Notes: generated by a model from the sequence alone, not told the origin. Shown: positions 50,553 through 61,187, counted from the first letter of the stretch. The stretch: DNA of 64,000 nucleotides from Candidatus Oxydemutatoraceae bacterium (GCA_965237985.1 OZ250161.1:185691-249690), one strand, 5' to 3'. Numbers and translations are program-made.

Positions 50553-52625
50553 GTGGGAAGATTTGTCGCTACTTGCTTCCCGTGTTTTTTGGAAAATTTT
50601 AGAAAAATTAAAACAGAGGCTTCTCCCGAAACTCGCCGTTCTTGGTCATGTCCTGCAAGATGTCTGCTTTTGCTTTCCTGTTTTGTTTTCATGTGTTGTG
50701 AAGCGCAGGCAGGAGTGCCGCGGCATTGTGCGGTTTCCGGTTCGGAAAGACTGCATTTCGTGACTGCGCAGCATTTGAAAATTGACCGTCTAAAAGGGAA
50801 AAGCAGCCTCTCTGGGGCAGTACGCTATCGCCGGGAAAGAGAAGCTTTGATGAGCGAATATTTACAGATTGATGAAAACGAAAGCAGGCTGCTGGCAAGC
50901 GGAAAAGTACGCTACACTTCTTGTTTTGGCAAATCGCCTGCCTGGTTTCTCAGTGCCGATAAAATTCTCCTTGACCACAGGAAGGAGGTGGTGAAGGCCT
51001 ACAAAGTCACTTTGCATGTCGCTGGTGTCCCGTTTTTATCGCTTCCCTATTTTCAGGTTTCACTGAACAAGGAACGCAGCAGCGGGTTTCTGACACCCAG
51101 GCTTGGTTACAGCAGCCGGCGTGGTGCAGAAGTTGCTTTTCCTTACTACTTCAATTTCGCTCCCAACATGGATTTCCTTTTTCGACCAGCTTATATGAGC
51201 AAGCGAGGCTTGCAGGTCGGTGGTAAGTTTCGTTATCTGTTGCCTTATGGTGAAGGTGATATGCAGTCCGAGTGGCTTGATGACCAAGATTACGATGCCG
51301 ACCGCTATTCATACCGTTGGCGGCACCTTTCGAAAGTCAGCGACAAGCTGGAGTTTTCTGCCAGATTGCAACGTGTATCGGACCTCGATTATTCGCAGGA
51401 TTTTTCAGTGAGTTCAAACTTGTTGCACGAAGGATATTTGCCGAGTTGGGCCGGCTTGGATTACGTCTGGAAGGGCTGGCGTCTGAAACTGTTTTCAGAA
51501 AGCCTGCAACGGATTCGCAGTGTCTATCCTTCAGCCGAGAGCATCTATCAAAGGCGTCCTGACATCCAGCTTGCAGGAAACCATTTTTTCCAGCCTTTTG
51601 GTTTGCAGACACGTATGTTGCTGCGCTGGACTCATTTTTCGCACGACCTGTCTCTCTCGGGAAAACGCCTGTATGGCAAGTTTGAGATGCAAAAATTCTT
51701 CCGGAGTTCCTGGGCTTACCTGGCTCCCGGCTTCGGCATGCACCACACCCACTATTCGCCCACAGTCGCTGATGACCCTTCTCTTACGGTTCCGTTTTTC
51801 AGTTTCCGAGGGGGGCTGCTATTTGAAAATCCTCATAGTGGCCGACGCTTCACAAGCGTTTTGGAGCCGGAATTCATGTATTTGTACGTGCCGCGCAAAG
51901 CACAGGAACAGATGCCACTTTTTGACACGGGCTTCAAAGAGTTCTCTTATGATCGCCTGTTTGCAGACAATCGTTTCAGTGGCGTTGACCGGGTGGGCGA
52001 TGCCAATCAACTCAGCCTGGGGCTGGTTGCTAAAATGCTCCATAAGAACAGCGGAATAGAGATTGCCCGCGCGCGCATAGGACAAATACATTATTTCGAC
52101 GATCGAAAAGTCGGGCTTCAGTCTGCTGTTGATAACCGGGAGAAGCAGTCAGACGTGATTGCCGATTTGCAGGTTCGTTTCACTGATCGAGTGTCTTTGC
52201 GCAGTGAAGTGCAGCTTGGAAAACGCACTGCCTTCGCCGGTGGTTCGAAACATTCTTTGCGGTATCGTGCAGAGAATCGGGTACGTTTTGAGGTTTCCTT
52301 CCATTCTCTGCAGGCAGGAGGCAACGGGTTTGTGGACAGTGGACCCGCAGAAAAGTTCAGACAATTGCGGCTTGCTTTCGACACGCCCGTCAGGGAAAAC
52401 TGGCGAGTGCACGGAGCCTGGAGTCAGGACCTGAAAGGCGGGCGCGATCTTGAATCGCTGGTCGGACTCGAGTACGAAAGCTGTTGTTGGAGCATCAGCT
52501 TTTTCGCGCAACGCTTGCTGGTCAACGCCGGCGCAGAAGCTGCCACTGGGCTACAGGGAAAAGCGGATTATGACAACCGATTTGGCTTGCAATTTTCGCT
52601 CCGCGGTCTGGGGCAGCAGCGGTGA
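50553..52625 (+). CDS. lptD: LPS-assembly outer-membrane protein
   Basis: Large beta-barrel OMP; C-terminal 'LVGLEYESCCWSISFFAQRLL' with the conserved Cys pair. The lptD-surA-pdxA-rsmA order is as in E. coli. The exact start is uncertain. Confidence 0.85.
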   Translation: MGRFVATCFPCFLENFRKIKTEASPETRRSWSCPARCLLLLSCFVFMCCEAQAGVPRHCAVSGSERLHFVTAQHLKIDRLKGKSSLSGAVRYRREREALMSEYLQIDENESRLLASGKVRYTSCFGKSPAWFLSADKILLDHRKEVVKAYKVTLHVAGVPFLSLPYFQVSLNKERSSGFLTPRLGYSSRRGAEVAFPYYFNFAPNMDFLFRPAYMSKRGLQVGGKFRYLLPYGEGDMQSEWLDDQDYDADRYSYRWRHLSKVSDKLEFSARLQRVSDLDYSQDFSVSSNLLHEGYLPSWAGLDYVWKGWRLKLFSESLQRIRSVYPSAESIYQRRPDIQLAGNHFFQPFGLQTRMLLRWTHFSHDLSLSGKRLYGKFEMQKFFRSSWAYLAPGFGMHHTHYSPTVADDPSLTVPFFSFRGGLLFENPHSGRRFTSVLEPEFMYLYVPRKAQEQMPLFDTGFKEFSYDRLFADNRFSGVDRVGDANQLSLGLVAKMLHKNSGIEIARARIGQIHYFDDRKVGLQSAVDNREKQSDVIADLQVRFTDRVSLRSEVQLGKRTAFAGGSKHSLRYRAENRVRFEVSFHSLQAGGNGFVDSGPAEKFRQLRLAFDTPVRENWRVHGAWSQDLKGGRDLESLVGLEYESCCWSISFFAQRLLVNAGAEAATGLQGKADYDNRFGLQFSLRGLGQQR

Positions 52626-52671
52626 CAGCGTGCGACGAGCAGCGGAAAAACATTTTTTCAGGACAAATTTA

Positions 52672-54003
52672 ATGACGGGATTTACGCATAAAAACTTTTT
52701 TTGTCGCTTGCAGACGATGGTTGGCAAAGCGTTGCTCAGTATTTTCCTGGTTTATGGAATCACAGCTGTCGCAGCCACCTCGCGCCCGCTTGACCGCATT
52801 GTTGCGGTCATTGAAAACCACATTGTGACCCAGGTTGAACTGGATGCATACGTTGAACGGGCCCGGCGCATGATGCGTTCTCAGGGACACCAAATTCCGA
52901 CAGACATGCGGTTTTTCAGGCAGGAAGTTTTGCAACAGTTAATCATGAGAAAACTGCAGCTTCAGGAAGCCGGCAAGCTGGGCATTGTCATTGACGATAT
53001 TACGCTTGATCGGGCGATGAATTCTTTGGCCGCGCGTGAAGGCGTGACCTTGGAGGACTATTTGCGCAAAGTGGGAGAAGAGTATTCCTGGATCAGGAGG
53101 CGGGTCCGGGATGACATTGCGATTAACACTTTGCTGCAGCGCGAAGTGGTGGACCGCATTTATATTAAAGAAAGTGAAATTCAAGAATTCCTCATGGACG
53201 AAGTGGGTGACTTCAGACCGGAGTTTCGTATGGTGCAGGTGCGGTTCGAAGCGGCATCAATTCCTGAACAAACCCGCAAGCGGCTGAAAGTCCTCGTGTT
53301 GAAACTGAGGCGTGAGAACATCGACACCTTGTTCTGGTTGCGGCAGAGAACTTCTGCTCTTTTGCGTGAACTGGAGATTTGTCGTGGTTGCGCAAAGTTT
53401 CAGATATTCGACTGGTTGCACTTTGAAGATTTGCCGACAGTGGTTCGTGACGGTTTCAGCGCCGTACGTCCGGGCAGCACCGGTCAGTTATTGAAAACCA
53501 GTGACGCTTTTTTGTTTTACCAGTTGCTTGATGTCCAGCGCGCCATTGGTGAGGGTGTGCACAGCAAGTACAGGGTACGGCATATTTTGTTGAAGCTCAG
53601 CCCGATGCAAAGCGAAACAGTGATCAGGAAGAGGCTGACGGCGTGGAAGCAACGCATTCAAAAAGGCGAGCGATTTTCGAATCTGGCGCGGAGATTTTCT
53701 GAAGATGCCATGAGCGCTTTCAAAGGTGGTGACCTCGGATGGCTTGATCCCGAACAAATAACCCCCGAGTTTACAAAGCATCTTGTCGCTGCAAAACCGA
53801 AAACGGTCGTGGGCCCCTTTGAAACTCCTTTTGGTTGGCATTTGCTGGAAGTCCTGGAAGTACACAAGGAAAAGTCGGATTTTGAAGCGGCGTACCAGAA
53901 AGCATCGGAAATCATCCGCCGGGAGAAATCCCGTGCCGAAGTCCAGAATTGGCTGTCCCATTTGCGCGAGACGAGAAGCATAAAAGTTATTGGTGCCAAG
54001 TAA
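52672..54003 (+). CDS. surA: Periplasmic chaperone / peptidyl-prolyl isomerase
   Basis: Signal peptide; N-terminal chaperone domain and two parvulin domains ('HILLK...FSEDAMSAFKGGDLGW'). Start set at 'MTGFTHKNFF'. Confidence 0.9.
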   Translation: MTGFTHKNFFCRLQTMVGKALLSIFLVYGITAVAATSRPLDRIVAVIENHIVTQVELDAYVERARRMMRSQGHQIPTDMRFFRQEVLQQLIMRKLQLQEAGKLGIVIDDITLDRAMNSLAAREGVTLEDYLRKVGEEYSWIRRRVRDDIAINTLLQREVVDRIYIKESEIQEFLMDEVGDFRPEFRMVQVRFEAASIPEQTRKRLKVLVLKLRRENIDTLFWLRQRTSALLRELEICRGCAKFQIFDWLHFEDLPTVVRDGFSAVRPGSTGQLLKTSDAFLFYQLLDVQRAIGEGVHSKYRVRHILLKLSPMQSETVIRKRLTAWKQRIQKGERFSNLARRFSEDAMSAFKGGDLGWLDPEQITPEFTKHLVAAKPKTVVGPFETPFGWHLLEVLEVHKEKSDFEAAYQKASEIIRREKSRAEVQNWLSHLRETRSIKVIGAK

Positions 54004-54165
54004 ACATCAGCGACACGCGTTCGCACTGCTGACGGCAGTGGGTCAGGTTGGCGAGCTTTCTGTGGCGTGGAAAAATCATGTTTTGGGCAGGAAGCCAAGT
54101 TTAAGAGCAGGCTGATCTTCATTCCTTCATCTCACACTGAACAGCACTTGTCTGGCCGTAAAAGA

Positions 54166-55170
54166 ATGGTCTTGGTCACTACCGGGGAACCCGCTGGAAT
54201 CGGGCCGGACATCGCCCTGTCTTTGCGCAACGATTCTCGTTCCCATGAATACGTTCTTGTCGGGGACCTGGATATGCTTCGCGCCAGGGCACGGATGCTG
54301 GCCAGCCCGGTCAAGCTTTGCGAATACGAAAGGGAAAGCCACGAGCCTGCCCATGACCATGAACCCACGGTGCTTTCTGTTTTGCACATTCCTTTGTGTC
54401 ATCGGCCGGTCCGTCTCGGCTTTTCCGACCCCAGGAATGCCCCTTACGTCATCAGACAACTGGCAACCGCAAGCGACAGGTGTTTTGATGAAAACAGTGT
54501 CGCGATGGTGACGTGCCCGGTACAGAAGTCAGTGATCAACGACAGCGGTTTTGCTTTTTCAGGTCACACGGAATACCTTGCTCGTCGTTTTGGATGCAAT
54601 GCCACCATGATGCTGGCTCTGGAACATGGTCTCAAAGTGGCATTGGCAACCACGCATTTGCCTTTGCGGGAAGTGCCAGAAAAGGTCAGCAACGAGTGTG
54701 TCTTCCGGACGGTGAGCGCAACCAGTTCTGGTTTGCGTTCTTATTTTAATGTAGACAGCCCGCGAATCCTGGTTTGCGGGCTGAATCCGCATGCCGGCGA
54801 GGGAGGGTATCTGGGGGACGAAGAACAAAACGTGATTCAACCCGCGGTTGCCCGCGCGCGCGAATGTGGCATTGCGGTGACTGGGCCAGTAGCGGCAGAC
54901 ACGGCTTTTACGGAACAGAGCCTGGCAAACACAGATGCCGTGGTCGCGATGTACCACGACCAAGCGTTGCCGGTCATTAAAAGCATTGGCTTCAAGCGCG
55001 TGATCAACCTGACTTTAGGCTTGCCGATTTTGCGTGTTTCTGTTGATCACGGGGTAGCACTGGATCTGGCGGGCAGCGGACGTGCCGACCCGTCCAGCTT
55101 GATGCACGCTGCCGAATTTGCGTCCCGTGCATCCCTCTCGGGCAGCTCTTCGGGATCCGCTGGTCAGTGA
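54166..55170 (+). CDS. pdxA: 4-hydroxythreonine-4-phosphate dehydrogenase
   Basis: 'MVLVTTGEPAGIGPDI...GHTEYLA...CGLNPHAGEGG' are PdxA motifs. The last 15 codons lie in the repeat. Confidence 0.9.
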   Translation: MVLVTTGEPAGIGPDIALSLRNDSRSHEYVLVGDLDMLRARARMLASPVKLCEYERESHEPAHDHEPTVLSVLHIPLCHRPVRLGFSDPRNAPYVIRQLATASDRCFDENSVAMVTCPVQKSVINDSGFAFSGHTEYLARRFGCNATMMLALEHGLKVALATTHLPLREVPEKVSNECVFRTVSATSSGLRSYFNVDSPRILVCGLNPHAGEGGYLGDEEQNVIQPAVARARECGIAVTGPVAADTAFTEQSLANTDAVVAMYHDQALPVIKSIGFKRVINLTLGLPILRVSVDHGVALDLAGSGRADPSSLMHAAEFASRASLSGSSSGSAGQ

Positions 55171-56375
55171 AAGCAAAAAAACAACTGGGTCAGCATTTTC
55201 TCAGTGATCCGGAAGTCATCGAGAATATGGTCAGCGTGATTTCCCTGCGCCGGAATGAGCCGATGCTGGAAATTGGACCTGGCCGGGGAGGACTGACAGA
55301 CGCTTTGCCGGTGAGCATGTAGTACTCCATGCCGTGGAAGTGGACAGGGGTCTTGTCGATTTGTCCGGTCGGATGCATGCTCCAGTGTCTGTGCCTCGTG
55401 CATCCCTCTCGGGCAGCTCTTCAGGATCCGCCGGTCAGTGAAAGCAAAAAAACAACTGGGTCAGCATTTTCTCAGTGATCCGGAAGTCATCGAGAATATG
55501 GTCAGCGTGATTTCCCTGCGCCGGAATGAGCCGATGCTGGAAATTGGACCTGGCCGGGGAGGACTGACAGACGCTTTGCCGGTGAGCATGTAGTACTCCA
55601 TGCCGTGGAAGTGGACAGGGGTCTTGTCGATTTGTCCGGTCGGATGCATGCTCCAGTGTCTGTGCCTCGTGCATCCCTCTCGGGCAGCTCTTCAGGATCC
55701 GCCGGTCAGTGAAAGCAAAAAAACAACTGGGTCAACATTTTCTCAGTGATCCGGAAGTCATCGAGAATATGGTCAGCGTGATCTCCCCGCGCCGGGATGA
55801 GCCGATGCTGGAAATTGGGCCTGGCCTGGGAGGACTGACAGACGCTTTGCCGGGTGAGCATGTAGTACTCCATGCCGTGGAAGTGGACAGGGGGCTTGTC
55901 GATTTGTCCGGTCGGATGCATGCTCCAGTGTCTGTGCCTCGTGCATCCCTCTCGGGCGGCTCTTGCAGGATCCGCCGGTCAGTGAAAGCAAAAAAACAAC
56001 TGGGTCAACATTTTCTCAGTGATCCGGAAGTCATCGAGAATATGGTCAGCGTGATCTCCCCGCGCCGGGATGAGCCGATGCTGGAAATTGGGCCTGGCCG
56101 GGGAGGACTGACAGACGCTTTGCCGGGTGAGCATGTAGTACTCCATGCCGTGGAAGTGGACAGGGGGCTTGTCGATTTGTCCGGTCGGATGCATGCTCCA
56201 GTGTCTGTGCCTTGTGCGTCTCTTTTGGCCGGCTCTTCGGGATCCGCCGGTCAGTGAAAGCAAAAAAACAACTGGGTCAGCATTTTCTCAGTGATCCGGA
56301 AGTCATCGAGAATATGGTCAGCGTGATCTCCCCGCGCCGGGATGAATATGGTCAGCGTGATCTCCCCGCGCCGGG
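55128..56375. repeat. Tandem repeat, about 4.5 units of 271 bp, spanning the pdxA 3' end and the first approximately 55 codons of rsmA/ksgA; the last unit also carries a 34-bp internal duplication
   Basis: 'gtgaaagcaaaaaaacaactgggtcagcattttctcagtgatccggaagtcatcgagaatatggtcagcgtgat' recurs at about 55167, 55438, 55709, 55980 and 56254. The duplication at 56341..56374 is 'atatggtcagcgtgatctccccgcgccgggatga'. Confidence 0.9.
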
Positions 56376-57079
56376 ATGAGCCGATGCTGGAAATTGGGCC
56401 TGGCCTGGGAGGACTGACAGACGCTTTGCTGGCAAAGGGTGTGGTACTCCATGCCGTGGAAGTGGACAGGGGTCTTGTCGACCGCCTGCGCACCCGTTAC
56501 GATGGTTTCAAAAGATTGCATATCCACGAGTCAAATGCGCTGACATTCGATTACTTGCCGTTGGTGGAACCGGGAGCCACACGATTGGTGGGTAACCTGC
56601 CTTACAATATCTCCACACCTTTGTTGCTGATATTTTTGAAAATATCCAGATATTTCCGTGATATGCACTTTTGTTTGCAAAAGGAATTTGCCCAGCGGCT
56701 GTGCTCCCGTCCGGGAGAGCGCCACTGGTCGCGTATAGGGGCGACGCGTATGCTCTACTGCGATGCGGAAGTATTGTTTGATGTTCCAGCCGCCGCTTTT
56801 AACCCGCCGCCGAAAGTCTGCTCAAGCTATGTCTGGTTGCGTGCTTTGCAGCCACCGCCATCCTTGCAGTTTGCTGCGCGCATGGAGAAACTGGTGACCC
56901 GGTCTTTCAGTCATCCGCGCAAAAGCATTCGCAACATATTTGCTGGAATGCTGGATGGGGTGGAGCTGGAAAGTCTTGGGTTGAATCCTGCCATCAGGCC
57001 GAGGATGCTGACCTTGGGAGCTTTGGAAGCTATACTGCAACTCATGGAGGCTAAAAAACATGGGACAAGAGATAGCTGA
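56342..57079 (+). CDS. rsmA: 16S rRNA (adenine1518/1519-N6)-dimethyltransferase. The conserved N-terminus (from GTG 56254, '[20 protein letters not shown]...') is out of frame because of the 34-bp duplication, so the longest intact ORF starts at an internal ATG
   Basis: '[13 protein letters not shown]...LVGNLPYNISTPLL...' are KsgA motifs. The upstream in-frame-less segment encodes the canonical 'KxxGQHFL' N-terminus. Confidence 0.8.
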   Translation: MNMVSVISPRRDEPMLEIGPGLGGLTDALLAKGVVLHAVEVDRGLVDRLRTRYDGFKRLHIHESNALTFDYLPLVEPGATRLVGNLPYNISTPLLLIFLKISRYFRDMHFCLQKEFAQRLCSRPGERHWSRIGATRMLYCDAEVLFDVPAAAFNPPPKVCSSYVWLRALQPPPSLQFAARMEKLVTRSFSHPRKSIRNIFAGMLDGVELESLGLNPAIRPRMLTLGALEAILQLMEAKKHGTRDS

Positions 57080-57452
57080 CGGACGCTACATTATTACCAC
57101 GCAGGTTCGCACTTTGTTTTTGGAAGAGTATTCTGATTTCGAGGAAGGACGGTATGCCTTTGCTTATACCATCACGATTAAAAACGATGGCACTGTTGCT
57201 TCCCGGCTTATTTCTCGTCACTGGATCATTTGTGATTCCAACGACAAGATACAGGAAGTCCAAGGTGATGGCGTGGTCGGGGAACAGCCTTTTCTGCGCC
57301 CCGGTGAAGCTTTCTGTTACACCAGTGCGGCATTGATTGACACGCCGGTCGGAACCATGCGAGGTTCGTACAAAATGAAGGCGGTAGACGGTGAGGAATT
57401 TGACGCGCCGATTGATGAGTTCATGCTGGCCGTGCCCAACGTTCTTCACTAA
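57060..57452 (+). CDS. apaG: ApaG (DUF525) protein
   Basis: 'LISRHWIICDSNDKIQEVQGDGVVGEQPFLRPGEAFCYTSAALIDTPVGTMRGSYKM' matches E. coli ApaG '[30 protein letters not shown]'. Confidence 0.9.
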   Translation: MGQEIADGRYIITTQVRTLFLEEYSDFEEGRYAFAYTITIKNDGTVASRLISRHWIICDSNDKIQEVQGDGVVGEQPFLRPGEAFCYTSAALIDTPVGTMRGSYKMKAVDGEEFDAPIDEFMLAVPNVLH

Positions 57453-57464
57453 GTTCGTGCTTAA

Positions 57465-58322
57465 ATGGCTCTTTATGCGGTAGGTGACCTGCAGGGTTGC
57501 CTGCAGGCTTTTGAGGCGTTGCTGGAGCGCATAAATTTCGATAAAAACTCTGATCACCTGTGGTTGACAGGTGATCTGGTCAACCGTGGTCCCAGTTCGT
57601 ATGAAACACTTTGCCTAGTGCGTGATTTGAGCGACAGTATCGATTGTGTGCTGGGCAACCATGACATTTCTTTTTTGCGGATTTGTTCAGGAAGCGGCAG
57701 ACCACCGGCTGACGGGTCACTCGATAAATTGTTGAAAAGCCGGGAGTGCGGCGAGCTGTACGAATGGGTGCGGCACCTCCCGCTGGTACACCACGATATG
57801 CAGCGCAAGTTTTTGCTGGTGCACGCCGGACTGGTCCCGCAGTGGTCGATTCGTGATGCGATCGTTTTGGCAGGCGAAGTCGAAGACCGTTTGCGCGGAC
57901 CGGATCACGTTGCGTTTCTTGACAGTCTCTTTTGCCGAGGAGCACTTCAGTGGCGGGAAGACTTGCGTGGCCCCGAGCGGTTGTGCTTTATCGCCAACAC
58001 TTTGACCAGGATTCGTTTTTGCGATGAAGACGGTCGCCTGGATTTGCATGAAAACGGTCCCCCCGGTTCCCAGCCGGCGGGTTACTTTCCTTGGTTTGAT
58101 CTTGATAGTCGGAGAGAAGATGGATGGCGGGTGCTTTTTGGACACTGGTCTGCTTTAGGGCTTATGGTACGAAAAGATGTGCTGGGTCTTGACAGCGGTT
58201 GCGTCTGGGGGAGGCAATTAACAGCTTGCCGGTTATCGCCGTTGCCAGTGCAAACCTATAGTGTCCAATGTTGTCCACCTGTCCCCTCGCGTTTTGGGAA
58301 AACCATTGCAGCGGCACATTAG
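57465..58322 (+). CDS. apaH: Bis(5'-nucleosyl)-tetraphosphatase, symmetrical
   Basis: 'MALYAVGDLQGC...LWLTGDLVNRGP...GNHD' are metallophosphatase ApaH motifs. Confidence 0.9.
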   Translation: MALYAVGDLQGCLQAFEALLERINFDKNSDHLWLTGDLVNRGPSSYETLCLVRDLSDSIDCVLGNHDISFLRICSGSGRPPADGSLDKLLKSRECGELYEWVRHLPLVHHDMQRKFLLVHAGLVPQWSIRDAIVLAGEVEDRLRGPDHVAFLDSLFCRGALQWREDLRGPERLCFIANTLTRIRFCDEDGRLDLHENGPPGSQPAGYFPWFDLDSRREDGWRVLFGHWSALGLMVRKDVLGLDSGCVWGRQLTACRLSPLPVQTYSVQCCPPVPSRFGKTIAAAH

Positions 58323-59451
58323 CGTATTGCTTGTCTCTGTCACGGTCATGGCAGTGCTGGTTTTGTTATGGGCAAAGCCCAACCCGGCCACCAATGCCAA
58401 ACCAGTTAGTCGGGAAGTGGTTTCGATAGTCGCGGCGCAGGAGCTGAATCTACTGGCCGAGAGACTATTTTACGGCCGTCTGGAGCCAGTCAAAACAAGC
58501 CGCTTGGGCTTTGAAGTTTCAGGCGTTCTCAGCCAGCGAAAAACGGAAGTTGGAAAAAACGTAGTGGCGAAGGAAATCCTTTTGCAGCTTCGGGCAGACG
58601 ATTTTGCAAATGCCTTGGCCATCGCTGAAAATGAATTGCGACTGGCGCAGCTTGAAAAAATGCGTTACGAAACCTTGTTCGAGCTGACGGAAAAACGGCG
58701 CGTCTTGCAAAGCCTTGAAGTCAAAAGACAGGAAGATCTGGACAAAAAATCACTGTCGCCACGCTCTTCTCTGGATGCGGCGATGCGAGAACTGGTCAGG
58801 GTTGAATCCGAAGCAAAGGAATACTCCAATGCGCAGAAAGCGGCAGGCATAAAGTATCTGCTGGCTGCAACCAGGCTACGCCAGGCGCGCGAGGATCTGC
58901 AAAAGACATTTTTGCTTTCCCCCTACGCCGGGGTGGTCAATTCGATCACTGTGGAGGAGGGTGATTATGTAGACCGCGGGCGGACGGTTCTGGTTTTGGC
59001 GGCTGTTTCCAGCCTGGCGGCAGTCATCCACGTTGGCAATAACGATCTGGCATATATTCAGGCGCACTCGCTGGTGCCGATTGTGGCCGATGGGCAAAAT
59101 TTCTCTGGACGCGTTCACTCCGTGCAAACAATTCCTGATCCGCACACCCTGACTCACGAAGTACGAATTTATTGTGCGGGTGAAGGGCTCAGTGTGGGAC
59201 AGATCGTGCAAGTGAAATTGTCCCTTGAAGAAAAGCTCAGGGTTGTTACCGTGCCAGCTTCAGCGGTGCAGTACGAAGGTGGGACAGCGGTTTTTGTGGA
59301 AAATAATGGTGCCTTGAGTCGTGTTCCGGTGCAGCTTGGCGCACGCCTGGATGATGTAATCGCAATCGAACAGGGGCTGGCACCAGCGGCGCGTGTTGTG
59401 GTCGACGGTGTGCGGAAATTACGGGATGGGCAAAAAGTACTGGTTCAGTAG
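58261..59451 (+). CDS. Efflux-pump membrane fusion (periplasmic adaptor) protein, HlyD/RND-MFP family; the true start is probably internal (about 58345)
   Basis: N-terminal TM anchor 'VLLVSVTVMAVLVLLWA'; coiled-coil 'ALAIAENELRLAQLEKMRYETLFEL'; lipoyl and beta-barrel segments. No cognate pump gene is adjacent. Confidence 0.7.
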   Translation: MSNVVHLSPRVLGKPLQRHISVLLVSVTVMAVLVLLWAKPNPATNAKPVSREVVSIVAAQELNLLAERLFYGRLEPVKTSRLGFEVSGVLSQRKTEVGKNVVAKEILLQLRADDFANALAIAENELRLAQLEKMRYETLFELTEKRRVLQSLEVKRQEDLDKKSLSPRSSLDAAMRELVRVESEAKEYSNAQKAAGIKYLLAATRLRQAREDLQKTFLLSPYAGVVNSITVEEGDYVDRGRTVLVLAAVSSLAAVIHVGNNDLAYIQAHSLVPIVADGQNFSGRVHSVQTIPDPHTLTHEVRIYCAGEGLSVGQIVQVKLSLEEKLRVVTVPASAVQYEGGTAVFVENNGALSRVPVQLGARLDDVIAIEQGLAPAARVVVDGVRKLRDGQKVLVQ

Positions 59452-59631
59452 TCCCGTTTTGCGGTTGCTTTGGAAGTTTTTCAGGAGTTGTCGATGGCAC
59501 AAAAACCCCAGTGGAGATTGTGCTGATGAAAACTGGTGTTCGTGCTTTTGGTAACAGAGAAAGCGCCGAGAGAGTGAGCACGCGGTAGATACTTTGCTTC
59601 CGGTTCTACCTGTTGCCGTTTTTGGCTACTC

Positions 59632-60383
59632 TTGATTGGGACTTCCTGGATGCTTGAGACCTTCAAAGTCGCGCTCCGTAAAGCTGAGCAGGGAGACGTA
59701 AATGCTCAAACCGAGCTGGCAGAGATGTGCCACAAGGGAGAGGAGGATGTTCCACAGAACTTTGAGAAGGCAGCTTACTGGTACCACAAGGCGACAGAAC
59801 AAGGAGATGCAGCCGCACAATTCAACTTGGGAATGATGCATGTCGATGGGTGGGGTGTCCGGCAGGACGACCATGAGGCTGTCTGCTGGTTTTCAAAGGC
59901 AGCAGAACAAGAAGATGCAGCCGGGCAAAACAACTTTGGAAAAATGTACGCCGATGGGAGGGGTGTCCGGCAGGACGACCATGAGGCTGTCTGCTGGTTT
60001 TCAAAAACAGCAGAACAAGGAGATGCAGCCGGGCAAAACAACTTTGGAAAAATGTACACCGATGGGCGGGGTGTCCGTCCGGCAGGACGACCATGAGGCT
60101 GTCTGCTGGTTTTCAAAGGCAGCAGAACAAGGAGATGCAGCCGGGCAAAACAACTTTGGAAGAATGTACACCGATGGGCGGGGTGTCCGTCCGGCAGGAC
60201 GACCATGAGGCTGTCTGCTGGTTTTCAAAAGCAGCAGAACAAGGAGACGCAGCCGGGCAAAACAACTTTGGAAGAATGTACGCCGATGGGTGGGGTGTCC
60301 GGCAGGACGACCATGAGGCTGCCTGCTGGTTTTCAAAGGCGACAGAACAAGGAGACGAGGAAGGACTCTATAATCCTCTGTAG
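59632..60383 (+). pseudogene. Sel1-like repeat (SLR) protein gene interrupted by two 4-nt insertions; its three ORFs sit in three frames
   Basis: The 36-aa motif 'AAxQxNLGxMYxDGxGVRQDDHEAVCWFSKAAEQGD' repeats from 108-bp DNA units. 'gtccgTCCGgcagg' at about 60073 and about 60187 replaces 'gtccggcagg' of the other units. Confidence 0.7.
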
Positions 60384-61187
60384 ATATATGCCTGGGGGCG
60401 TGGCGGAAGGCGGGACAGTCCATAAGCCTGTTTTCTTTTTCCGTAGCGTAGCTGGAGAACGGGAGAGTGTCGGAATCAATATCTGGGGTCGGGATCGACG
60501 CCGGCTATGCGTTGGAACTTGGGTTTGTCAGATTGCCAAAGTGGTTTTTTTGTGTTGATTCTGACGTACCAAAGGGGTCAGAAGATGACCGAAAAACGCA
60601 ATTGACGCTCCGTGTCCAAAGCAGTATCTGTCACCAGGTCTTTTCCTACGGCTGAGAGTGAGTGTCGGGAAAAAAGTCGTCTCATTCAATCGTGGGTCAA
60701 AACGGATTCCGACTTTGTAGGGACCATCCGGTGAGAATACGCTCATCGATTCTTGATGGCGGGTAGTCTTGGGTTTCAAGGATCAGGAAAGCAGTCGCTT
60801 CAATCCAGTGTAGATGGTGGACATGACTGTCAAGGACAATCGGGGTCATCATAGACTGGTGACGGCTCCCATGTTCATTGTCAGTCAAAGCAGTGGATTC
60901 TTGTGCCATTTACCTCCTCCTGGTGGCTAAAGATTCCAGCGGGGAAGTGGCAATGTGAAAAAGCAGACCTTTCCAAATGGGAGAAAGCGGATCCGATCCA
61001 CTTGATCACACAGCAGAAAATTTGCCGTGTTTCAGGACGGCGTTTACCCGGTTACAATGGGGAAGCCGGAGCGTGTTCCGGCTTCCCCAAGGCAAGGCCT
61101 GCCGTGCATTTTTTTGCGGTGTCAAGCACGATGCTTGCTTGGTTTCATACCAGGACATGATGCGTCTTGGAACATTTTTATATCTGA

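Noticed and set aside
55709-56257. 182-aa ORF '[11 protein letters not shown]...'
   Set aside because: It is composed of two consecutive units of the pdxA/rsmA tandem repeat, so it is not an independent gene.
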